From positions 70,455-134,454 of the forward strand of contig CALWEQ010000010.1 of the NCBI GenBank assembly GCA_944377365.1: DNA of 64,000 nt. The letters run 5' to 3'. Origin of the DNA: an uncultured Clostridia bacterium (lineage in GTDB: Bacteria > Bacillota > Clostridia > Christensenellales > UBA1242). Positions 10,011 to 18,010 of this stretch are shown here, in pieces. Position 1 is the stretch's first letter. Each line of letters begins with the position of its first letter. The notes under the pieces are model-generated. The model saw only the letters and a list, made by a program, of their open reading frames with translations. It did not search any database and was not told the origin of the DNA. A program made the translations under genes and the position numbers.

Positions 10011-10151
10011 TAATTTTTCCTCCTTTTAGTTTTTAGTCTTCCCCGCTCCGTTTTTTGCTCTCTCAAACAACCTGCGAAACACCCAATTTTTCACATAGGC
10101 AACAAATGAGAAATGGGAAACGAGTGATTATTTGTCTCAATGACGAAAGAA

Positions 10152-10180
10152 ATTGTATCATAATATAAAAAAAAATGCAA
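10152..10180 (-). promoter_or_regulatory. putative rpsB-tsf promoter
   Basis: TTGCAT (10180-10175), 17 nt, TACAAT (10157-10152) with TGA just upstream. Leaves a leader of about 140 nt before the rpsB SD. Confidence 0.45.
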
Positions 10181-10194
10181 GCATTTTAGCTTGC
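10163..10194 (-). terminator. rho-independent terminator of secDF (stem spans the secF stop codon)
   Basis: GCAAGC/GCTTGC stem with a 6-nt loop, then T9 on the minus strand. Confidence 0.65.
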
Positions 10195-11259
10195 TTTTTC
10201 TTGTGATTTTTCTGATTCGACAGGTTGTTTTTTGTTTTTGTGTTTAAATGCGATTGACCAAAGCCCTGGAGCAAGAAATACTGTGCTGTAAAAACTGGAC
10301 AAAACTCCAATTACTATTGGGAAAGCAAAAGCGCGAATATCACTAACACCGATTATTCCTATCAGTAGCATACAAATTAAGCCTACCACAGCAGAAAGCA
10401 CTAATGTCGTCAAAGTTTCTTTTATTGTTGCATTAGCAATGTTTTCATTTGTTTCGCCATCAAATCTGCCTGAACGTTGATATTCTTTTAATCTGCTTAA
10501 AACGATTATTAAATTACAAGTCGAGTAAATCATTACAACAACTAGAGAGGCTATAAAAACGAAATTAACTGTAAATCTTAACATAGCGACCAAACTCGAA
10601 GTGATTAATATGTCGTGGAAAAGGCATAGTACAGTTAAAAATGCACTTGTCAACCCGAAACGAAGACCAATATATATTGATATAAGAATTATAGTCACAA
10701 AAATAGCTAAAAAAGCATTTACAACCATTTCTGTCGATGCACTTGGCGTGATTACTCCCCCACTTAACACTGCACTTGTGTTTGTAGAATAATCAAATGT
10801 TTCAATAATTTGTGCTTGAATTTCTGAATTAAGAGAAGTTATGCTGTCAATATCACTAGAATTGTTTTGATACTTAACCACTATTGCTTGTCCATGATAA
10901 ACTCCAAGATCTTCAATGTCTATTGTGGTTTTTTGATATGACGCGCCTTTTATGTCAAATTCTTCAAAAACTTTTTCAATTTGATCTCGCATCTGATTAA
11001 AGTCAGCGTTGTCATCGAGATTAAAAGATTTGGCATCAGCAATCAGGTTCTCGTCATTGGCATAGATTGTCATTATTGAACCGCCAGAGAAATCTATTCC
11101 GAAATTAAATCCAAGAGTGCAAGCCAAAATTAATCCCACTAAAAATATAGCTATAGATGGCAAAATAAACCATTTTAAATTTTTTGCAAAGTTGAATTTA
11201 GAATTTAATATTGTTTCATCAAAGGAAAACTTAGTTTTTTTATATTTTTGGGTTGTCAT
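10186..11259 (-). CDS. secF: protein translocase subunit SecF
   Basis: 357 aa, periplasmic-type loop then 5 C-terminal TMs. Overlaps the secD stop by 4 nt. Confidence 0.9.
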   Translation of the reverse strand: MTTQKYKKTKFSFDETILNSKFNFAKNLKWFILPSIAIFLVGLILACTLGFNFGIDFSGGSIMTIYANDENLIADAKSFNLDDNADFNQMRDQIEKVFEEFDIKGASYQKTTIDIEDLGVYHGQAIVVKYQNNSSDIDSITSLNSEIQAQIIETFDYSTNTSAVLSGGVITPSASTEMVVNAFLAIFVTIILISIYIGLRFGLTSAFLTVLCLFHDILITSSLVAMLRFTVNFVFIASLVVVMIYSTCNLIIVLSRLKEYQRSGRFDGETNENIANATIKETLTTLVLSAVVGLICMLLIGIIGVSDIRAFAFPIVIGVLSSFYSTVFLAPGLWSIAFKHKNKKQPVESEKSQEKAS

Positions 11260-12611
11260 TTTTCGCCTCCTTCTTCTAAGAGGGTTTCGTTTGTAGTTTC
11301 ATTGTTTAAAGCTTTAGAGCGAACTAAATTCATACGTCTTGCATTGGTTGAATTTAATGGCAAATACCATTTGACAAGTAGTCTTGTAACGACTAAAGAA
11401 CAAAATGCTGAGATGATTGAGCCAACTAGCAGTACCATAGCAAAATCTTTTATTGCAACGGTGCCAAGTATATAAAGCAGAATTGACGCGATAACTGTTA
11501 ATATATGAATGTCTAAAATTGGCCACAGTGATTTTTTAAATCCGTTTTTTGTTGATAATGGGATTTTTCTTCCACTTGCGTATTCACTTCTTATACGCTC
11601 GAAAATAATTATGTTTCCAATAGTAGCCAGCGCAAAAGCTATTAGCACACCTGCTAAACCAGGCAATGACATTCTAATAAAAGGCACTGCCATAAGGAAA
11701 AATGAAAATAATATGGTAAATATTACAAGAGTAAAGCAAGCCAACAATCCAAGTTCTCTATATCTAATGAGTAATAATAACATTACTAAAAATGCAACAA
11801 CCCCTAGCGCTACAGAACTTAATAGCAAAGCATCTTTTCCAAGTGAAGCAGAAACAACTGAAATTTCTGATAGAGAAAGGTTTGCTGAGTACGAACCGCT
11901 TGTTATTTTTATAAAATATTCTGATGCTGATGAGGACGTTGTAATTGACCCACCCGAAATAAAGGCTGTTGTTGTGTCGTCAATAAAATTTTCTGATGTA
12001 AGTGAAATGGCGCTTTCCTCACCTACAAAAGCGTAAATTGTAGAACTGTTTGAAGCTTGATTTGAAAGTTTGCTAAACTTTTCTTTTGCAGCAGTTTTAA
12101 ACTCAACTGCGACACCATAAGAACTTCCGTCAGAACTGGTGCTTACATAAACGTTTGATATGTCTTTGCTAGAAAGATAATCACCCGATGGATTTAATAT
12201 GTCAAAATTTTCATTGGATGACAAAAACAATGAAACTGGTTCACCAATAATTTCAAAAAGTTCGGTAAAATCGTTTTCTTGATTTGATATTTCAATTCTA
12301 ATTTTGTCAGAACCTTGCTGTTCAATCACAGAGTCGTTGATTCCATAATTGTAAAGCATGCTGTTAAGCCCTGAAATAGTTGATAAAATGGCACTGTCAA
12401 GGTCTTCTGTTACACTTGATTTTGAAACTGATGCATTATAAGTAACTGCAGTTCCACCACTTAAATCTAAACCTAATGGGATCGAATTTACAAACCCATT
12501 GTAATGGTAAACAGTTCCTGCAACATTAAAAGAAGCAAATGTAAGCACTAAACCAAGTGCGACCAAAATTAATAGTATAGAAAATTTCCAAATTGAACGT
12601 TTTTTTGACAT
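11256..12611 (-). CDS. secD: protein translocase subunit SecD
   Basis: 451 aa, GLDLSGG motif, large extracytoplasmic domain, RND-like C-terminal TM bundle. SD AAGAGG. Confidence 0.9.
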   Translation of the reverse strand: MSKKRSIWKFSILLILVALGLVLTFASFNVAGTVYHYNGFVNSIPLGLDLSGGTAVTYNASVSKSSVTEDLDSAILSTISGLNSMLYNYGINDSVIEQQGSDKIRIEISNQENDFTELFEIIGEPVSLFLSSNENFDILNPSGDYLSSKDISNVYVSTSSDGSSYGVAVEFKTAAKEKFSKLSNQASNSSTIYAFVGEESAISLTSENFIDDTTTAFISGGSITTSSSASEYFIKITSGSYSANLSLSEISVVSASLGKDALLLSSVALGVVAFLVMLLLLIRYRELGLLACFTLVIFTILFSFFLMAVPFIRMSLPGLAGVLIAFALATIGNIIIFERIRSEYASGRKIPLSTKNGFKKSLWPILDIHILTVIASILLYILGTVAIKDFAMVLLVGSIISAFCSLVVTRLLVKWYLPLNSTNARRMNLVRSKALNNETTNETLLEEGGEK

Positions 12612-12683
12612 TGAAACCTCTTATTGAATTGTTACCTATTTAGTATACAAGTAAAAGAGGAATGTGTCAAATGTTTTTTTTAT

Positions 12684-13100
12684 TTACTTTGTATTTTTTT
12701 TAATATTAACACAAATTATGCCACAAATTCCACCAATAATTGAGCCAAAAATTATGTCATTTACAAATGTTCTATCAAAAACAAAGCTATGATTTAAAGC
12801 TGAAAAAGCAAAAAATGCGATGATTGTGTAAAGAAAACCTATTAGTAGTCCACTTGCAAGTCCCATTTCTTTTTGCTTTTTAAGCCCAAGAAATACTCCT
12901 AAAAATATGCTCACACCTTTTATGACCTGATTGATAGGAGTAATTAAATTTTCTGATAGCGGTGTGAATTTAAGACAAAATGCAAACACGAGAATGCTGA
13001 CAAGACTGATGCAAACAGCATATGCACTTCCTCTTAATATTGAAAAGCAAACAGATTTAGCTCCTTTTTGTCCTTCCAGCCTTTTTGCTTTTATCTTCAT
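12684..13100 (-). CDS. small 4-TM membrane protein (resembles the TIGR04086/YrzE-like family found near secDF-yajC)
   Basis: 138 aa, four hydrophobic segments, SD AAAGGAG. Family assignment is from memory only. Confidence 0.4.
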   Translation of the reverse strand: MKIKAKRLEGQKGAKSVCFSILRGSAYAVCISLVSILVFAFCLKFTPLSENLITPINQVIKGVSIFLGVFLGLKKQKEMGLASGLLIGFLYTIIAFFAFSALNHSFVFDRTFVNDIIFGSIIGGICGIICVNIKKNTK

Positions 13101-13201
13101 ATTTGACTCCTTTTTAAAATTTTATACCATAATAACATTATGCCGAAGATCTCTTACATATGAAGATAAAATAAAAAAGCTTCCATTTGGAAGCTTTTAA
13201 A

Positions 13202-13651
13202 CTATTTTTTTGAATTCTTCTTGGTTGAAGTCTTGCTTGCTTTTTCTTCTTTTTTTAGTTCAGCTTTTTCTTCCCCTTTTTCTTCAACTTTCTCTTCTTT
13301 GCTTTCTGCTGGCTTTTCTTCAGGCAAATCTTTTGCAACAGGTAATTGATCTGAAATTACTGAATAGATTGCATATGCGTCGATTGTCATATAGCTTTTG
13401 TAATTTCCTGTGCCTGTTTCGATAGTAATTTGTTTTGAGTTGCCCTCCAATCTGATGTCAATAATTTTGCCGTAAACTCCACTTGTTGTAAGAACCTTAT
13501 CCCCCTTTTTTAATGAGTTTGTCCTTTCGGCAATCTTTTGGTTTTCTTTTTTGTTTTTTGTGAACATGATTATTGGATAAGCAATAAGCAAAACTGCGAT
13601 TAAGCAAATTAAAATGATTTGCGTTGTGTCTAAAGCTAAAAGTGTTGACAT
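13202..13651 (-). CDS. yajC: preprotein translocase subunit YajC with a K/E-rich C-terminal tail
   Basis: Single TM then LKKGDKVLTTSGVYGKIIDI (YajC signature). Start at ATG 13651 after AGGAGA. Confidence 0.85.
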   Translation of the reverse strand: MSTLLALDTTQIILICLIAVLLIAYPIIMFTKNKKENQKIAERTNSLKKGDKVLTTSGVYGKIIDIRLEGNSKQITIETGTGNYKSYMTIDAYAIYSVISDQLPVAKDLPEEKPAESKEEKVEEKGEEKAELKKEEKASKTSTKKNSKK

Positions 13652-13717
13652 AATAATTTCTCCTTTTTTTGATAACACGATTATAGCAAATGAATTGTTG
13701 TTTTCAAAACAAATTTA

Positions 13718-15457
13718 CTATATTTTTTTAGTTTTTATTTCATTTTGTAATCTTTCTACAAATTCTGACAATTTCAACCCACTTTTATTTTCATTGCCTC
13801 TGCCACGAATTGAAATAGTTTGATTTGCTATTTCCTCATCACCTACTATTATTTGATATGGCAATTTAAATGAAACAGCTTCTCTAATTTTATAGCCAAT
13901 TTTTTCATTTCTACTGTCAACTGTTGCTCTTATGTTGTTGCGTTTAAGTTCTTCCAAAATCTTGTTTGCATATTCGTTTGCTCTGTCAGTGATTGGCAAA
14001 ATTCGAACTTGTTCGGGTGCAAGCCACAACGGGAAAGCCCCTGCGAAATGTTCTATTAAAATGCCCATAAATCTTTCTATTGAGCCATAAACTACTCGGT
14101 GAATCATTATTGGCCTATGTTTTGCTCCATCCTCACCAGTGTATTCAAGTTCAAAGCGCAGAGGAAGTTGGAAATCAAGTTGAATAGTTCCACATTGCCA
14201 AGTTCTGCCTATCGCGTCGTGAAGGTGAAAATCTATTTTTGGCCCATAAAATGCTCCGTCGCCTTCGTTGATGACATAATCTAAATTTAAGTCATCTAGA
14301 GCAGATTTTAGTGCGTCAGTTGCAAGCTCCCAGTCTTCGTCAGATCCCATGCTGTTTTCAGGTCGTGTTGAAAGTTCGACGCTATAAGTAAAACCAAACA
14401 AACTGTAAACATCATCTATGAGTTTTACGACGCCTTTTATTTCATCCTTAATTTGACTAGGCGTCATAAATATATGCGCATCATCTTGCGTAAAGCATCT
14501 AACTCTCAAAAGTCCACCTAGTTCGCCAGATTTTTCATGCCTGTGAACCAAACCAAGTTCACCGACTCTCATAGGTAGATCTCTGTAAGAATGAGGTGAG
14601 TTTTTATAGACTAAAATTCCTCCTGGACAGTTCATAGGCTTGATTGCAAAAAGGGTGTCATCAATTTTGGTTGTGTACATGTTGTTTTTGTAGTGATCCC
14701 AGTGCCCAGATGTTTGCCACAAATGCTGTGAAAGCATAATTGGGGTTGAGATTTCTACATACCCTGCTTTTGTGTGGATTTCACGCCAATAATCTATGAG
14801 TAAGTTTCTTATTATCATGCCATTTGGTAAATAAAATGGAAAACCAGGACCTTCTGGTGAAATCATAAAAAGACCAAGTTCCTTGCCTAATTTACGGTGG
14901 TCGCGTTTCTTTGCTTCTTCTAACATTGCAATATGTTCAGCTAATTGCTTTTTATCGGCAAAAGCATAAGCATAAACCCTTTGTAGCATCTTGTTTTTTT
15001 CGTTTCCTCTCCAATATGCGCCATTCACAGCATGTATTTTATATGCAGTGTTTTGAAGTTCTCGGGTTGTGTTTACGTGAGGGCCTCTGCACAAATCAAC
15101 GAAGTCATCTCCTAAATAATAAAGAGAGATTTCTTCATTTTCTGGTAATTCACGGATCAGCTCTTCCTTGAACTCATTCCCTTTAAAGATTTCTAGTGCT
15201 TTTTCTCGTGAGACTACCTCTCTTTTAAATTCTTCACCCTTATTAATGATTTCTTTCATCTTTTTTTCTATTGTTGTAAAATCTTCTGGTTGAATAGAAC
15301 GCTCCAAATCGATGTCATAGTAAAAGCCGTCGTCAATGGCTGGGCCTATAGTGAGCTTTGTTTTAGGATATAAACTCATAATAGCCTTTGCTAGAACGTG
15401 TGCTAACGAATGCCTGAAAATTTTTATTTTTTCATTTTTGTCAATTTTCTTTTCCAT
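13718..15457 (-). CDS. thrS: threonine--tRNA ligase (579 aa, no N-terminal TGS domain)
   Basis: HSLAHVLA editing-domain motif at residues 12-19, class II motifs (RVRCFTQDDAHIF, GAFYGPKIDF), anticodon-binding C-terminus. ATG 15457 after AAAGGAGAG. The track extension to 15625 runs through the T-box leader. Confidence 0.95.
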   Translation of the reverse strand: MEKKIDKNEKIKIFRHSLAHVLAKAIMSLYPKTKLTIGPAIDDGFYYDIDLERSIQPEDFTTIEKKMKEIINKGEEFKREVVSREKALEIFKGNEFKEELIRELPENEEISLYYLGDDFVDLCRGPHVNTTRELQNTAYKIHAVNGAYWRGNEKNKMLQRVYAYAFADKKQLAEHIAMLEEAKKRDHRKLGKELGLFMISPEGPGFPFYLPNGMIIRNLLIDYWREIHTKAGYVEISTPIMLSQHLWQTSGHWDHYKNNMYTTKIDDTLFAIKPMNCPGGILVYKNSPHSYRDLPMRVGELGLVHRHEKSGELGGLLRVRCFTQDDAHIFMTPSQIKDEIKGVVKLIDDVYSLFGFTYSVELSTRPENSMGSDEDWELATDALKSALDDLNLDYVINEGDGAFYGPKIDFHLHDAIGRTWQCGTIQLDFQLPLRFELEYTGEDGAKHRPIMIHRVVYGSIERFMGILIEHFAGAFPLWLAPEQVRILPITDRANEYANKILEELKRNNIRATVDSRNEKIGYKIREAVSFKLPYQIIVGDEEIANQTISIRGRGNENKSGLKLSEFVERLQNEIKTKKI

Positions 15458-15471
15458 ATGCTCTCCTTTTG

Positions 15472-15678
15472 GGCAAATAAAAAACGCCCTTAAAAATTTA
15501 AGGACGATTAAATAACCGCGGTTCCACCTTAATTGCACTATTTTGTGCCACTCAATTAATTTAGTTTTTTGCTTCAACGCCAAAAGTGGTTTCGTTTTCT
15601 TCTTCCACCCAAAGTTTTTCACCAACCAACTTTTCTCTAAATGCTTACGGAAGATCTACTTGTCTTTCAACTCTGCAT
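15472..15678 (-). promoter_or_regulatory. T-box leader (tRNA-Thr responsive) of thrS
   Basis: Minus strand shows an AGAGA box, a specifier-loop candidate GAA-ACC-A (ACC at 15590-15588), the T-box sequence AAGGTGGAACCGCGG (about 15515-15529), then the terminator CGTCCTTAA/TTAAGGGCG plus T6. Confidence 0.85.
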
Positions 15679-15684
15679 GTTGTT

Positions 15685-15713
15685 ATTATATTATACGAAA
15701 ACAAAAAAATCAA
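15685..15713 (-). promoter_or_regulatory. thrS T-box promoter
   Basis: TTGATT (15713-15708), 17 nt, TATAAT (15690-15685). Confidence 0.6.
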
Positions 15714-15738
15714 GCGATTTTCAAAGATGTTGGCAATT

Positions 15739-16512
15739 TTATTTTAAAAAAGGTGAAATGTTTGGAATGACTTCCTTTACAGGCCTTGAAAAATTTAAGT
15801 TGACTCTGTTGTCAAAAATTGTTTTCATAAGTTCTATTGCATGATTTTCATTTTTACAATAAACATTAATTTTTTGTGGAGACATGTCGATAAGCAGGGA
15901 TATTAAGGCTGTTCCACACATAATTTCGCCTTTTTCTCCATTGTCATAAACATAATAGTTTTCATTTTCATCTTCAATTACATCTATTTCATCTTTACAT
16001 ATGTCTAAATTGTCAATTAAAAATTTTAACAAATCATTAAAAGCGTCGGCTGAAATCAAATATTCGCGGTTTTCATTGGCTAGTTTGATGAGCTCTTGCC
16101 ACTTTTCGCGTAATTTAGAAAGCCTAAATTTATAAAATGAGGACAAATACAAATTATCTTCAAAGGTCAAATTTTTTGAGATAATAAAGTAATCTGTTTC
16201 TTTATCAAAATTTATTAATGCTTTTTTAAAAGCTGTCATGCTCATTTCATCTTGATTTGTTAAACATAAATGTTTGTTTAAAAAGTCTGCTTTAAAATAA
16301 CTACATATGATGTGACTAATTGTTTTTAGCATGCACAACTCAATTTCTTGACGATAAAGTTTTTCCACTGCGATTACTATTTTACTAGAAGATGGTTGCT
16401 TTGTTAATATGATTACACCACTATATTTTAATATATCTTTTCTTAACATTTCGTAAAAATAAGAAACGATTTCTTCTGGCTCTTTGTCAAAAATTACTGA
16501 ATATTCCCACAT
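15739..16512 (-). CDS. ytxC: YtxC-like sporulation protein
   Basis: 257 aa, no enzymatic motif. Lies immediately upstream of thrS, as ytxC does in Bacillus. SD GAGG. Confidence 0.5.
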   Translation of the reverse strand: MWEYSVIFDKEPEEIVSYFYEMLRKDILKYSGVIILTKQPSSSKIVIAVEKLYRQEIELCMLKTISHIICSYFKADFLNKHLCLTNQDEMSMTAFKKALINFDKETDYFIISKNLTFEDNLYLSSFYKFRLSKLREKWQELIKLANENREYLISADAFNDLLKFLIDNLDICKDEIDVIEDENENYYVYDNGEKGEIMCGTALISLLIDMSPQKINVYCKNENHAIELMKTIFDNRVNLNFSRPVKEVIPNISPFLK

Positions 16513-16554
16513 ACAGACCTCATGTTTTAAATTTCTAGTTTATTTGTATGCAAT

Positions 16555-16590
16555 ACAAAAAAAAATACTCGCATTACAAAGCAAGTATTT
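16555..16590 (-). terminator. rho-independent terminator just upstream of ytxC
   Basis: AATACTTGC/GCGAGTATT stem (one G-U pair), 8-nt loop, T9 on the minus strand. Confidence 0.6.
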
Positions 16591-16836
16591 TGTGAATTTT
16601 TGTTGTTAAACTTTTATGCTATCTTTTGTTTTTAGGCTGAAGGTGTTTTTTTGTAGACTGTTTGATGGTTTTAGAAACGGGCAATATACAACATTATTTG
16701 CATTGCCCAATAAAATTTGTTGGGCTCTGTCAATTCATACCATGTTTTAAGAACACTTTTTCTTTTTTCCTTTGTCATAGTTATTTAACATAATGTAATA
16801 ATAAAAAAATCATGTCAACTATATTGATTAAACAAA

Positions 16837-16867
16837 AAAGAACAACTATAATGTTGTTCTTTTTTGA
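16837..16867 (-). terminator. terminator of the 45-aa gene (bidirectional shape)
   Basis: GAACAAC/GTTGTTC stem flanked by an A-run and a T-run. Confidence 0.7.
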
Positions 16868-16871
16868 AAGG

Positions 16872-17009
16872 TTACTTTCTAGCAGACTTAGATTCTGATT
16901 TTGCAGAGCCTGAGCAAGCTTTTTCGCTTGAAGCCTCCATGCTCTTGTTTTGTTGAGCACCGGATTTTGCCGACTTCTTGCTTTGTTTAGCAGCTTTTTT
17001 GCCGAACAT
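16872..17009 (-). CDS. small basic K/S-rich protein, 45 aa (below the ORF-track cutoff)
   Basis: AGGAGGTGAAAC then ATG. Translates to MFGKKAAKQSKKSAKSGAQQNKSMEASSEKACSGSAKSESKSARK, followed immediately by a terminator. Confidence 0.6.
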   Translation of the reverse strand: MFGKKAAKQSKKSAKSGAQQNKSMEASSEKACSGSAKSESKSARK

Positions 17010-17083
17010 GTTTCACCTCCTATAATTCAGGTTTCCCTGTGCTTTTATTGTGAGCATAAAAGGTGAAAAATATACAACATGAG

Positions 17084-17530
17084 TTATTTTGTGTCAGTTT
17101 TTTTCTTTGTTGTCTTACTGGTTGTGCTCTTGCTTTCTTTTGGTGTAGTTGTTTTTGAAGTTTTCTTTGCTTTTGCTTTTTTCTTTTCTTCTTCTTCAAC
17201 TAGTGAATAATATTGATCAAACACAGCAATAGCTATTTCTTCGTTTTCTTCTAAATTTAAAACAGCTTCGCCGTTGTCATCTTCATCAACTCTAAATACT
17301 ATTGCCTCGTCATCATTGATACCCTCAATTTTTGAAATAGGTTTTAAAATGCAATAAAGAGCATCTTCACCATAAGGTATGACCGCTATTTGATCGAACT
17401 GTAATCTACGACCATTGTTGTCAGTCATGTAGATAGGTGCTGTGTTGTTTTCATCTAAAAGAACGTCAAGTAAGTCTACCTTAACAATTTCTTCTTCAAC
17501 TTTTTTTTGATTCTTTTTTGTCGTTGCCAT
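17084..17530 (-). CDS. DUF1292 family protein (YrzB-like) with a K/T-rich tail
   Basis: The pattern FDQIAVIPYGEDALYCILKP...DEAIVFRV matches DUF1292. Lies downstream of ruvX as in Bacilli. Confidence 0.8.
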   Translation of the reverse strand: MATTKKNQKKVEEEIVKVDLLDVLLDENNTAPIYMTDNNGRRLQFDQIAVIPYGEDALYCILKPISKIEGINDDEAIVFRVDEDDNGEAVLNLEENEEIAIAVFDQYYSLVEEEEKKKAKAKKTSKTTTPKESKSTTSKTTKKKTDTK

Positions 17531-17542
17531 TTTTTTCCCCTT

Positions 17543-17965
17543 TTATTTTTTTGAATTGAGATAATCCTGTAAGATAATTTGCGCTGCTACTTTATCCAAA
17601 ATTTTTTTTCTTTCTTGCCATGGCATCTTTGCTTCTTTTAATATTTCCTCTGCTTCCAAAGAGGAATATCTTTCGTCGAAATAATGGACTTGTAACCCAC
17701 TTCTTTCTTTCAGTTTTTTGCCAAACTCACGTGTAAGCAAAGCTCTTTCTCCTCCCGAACCGTCTGAGTTTAGAGGCAAGCCGATAATGATTTTGGTGGC
17801 GCATTGCTTTTGAATAAGGTTTGTTAAATATTCTATGTCCTTTTCTATCGTTGACCTTTCATATACTTCATAAGCAGAAGCGATTGTCCCCGTTAGATCG
17901 GAAAAAGCAATCCCTATTCTTCTGTCGCCATAGTCTAGACTAATATATCTTTTGGACTCAATCAT
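17543..17965 (-). CDS. ruvX: putative pre-16S rRNA nuclease / Holliday junction resolvase-like YqgF
   Basis: ISLDYGDRRIGIAFSD...IIGLPLNSDGS motifs. Start ambiguous between the tandem ATGs at 17968 and 17965. No SD. Confidence 0.85.
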   Translation of the reverse strand: MIESKRYISLDYGDRRIGIAFSDLTGTIASAYEVYERSTIEKDIEYLTNLIQKQCATKIIIGLPLNSDGSGGERALLTREFGKKLKERSGLQVHYFDERYSSLEAEEILKEAKMPWQERKKILDKVAAQIILQDYLNSKK

Positions 17966-17972
17966 CATTTTT

Positions 17973-18002
17973 ATTATAATCAATAACAAAAAAGAAAGTC
18001 AA
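17973..18002 (-). promoter_or_regulatory. promoter abutting the ruvX start (leaderless candidate)
   Basis: TTGACT (18002-17997), 18 nt, TATAAT (17978-17973), then AAAA and ATGATG. Confidence 0.5.
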
Positions 18003-18010
18003 ACAATTTG

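Noticed and set aside
10011-10151. Structured autoregulatory leader upstream of rpsB
   Set aside because: The leader is long (about 140 nt), but I could not identify a convincing conserved pseudoknot or hairpin pattern. It needs covariation analysis.
15458-15625. N-terminal 56-aa extension of ThrRS in the ORF track
   Set aside because: The extension reads through the T-box leader and its terminator. The internal ATG at 15457 has a strong SD and gives a conserved N-terminus.
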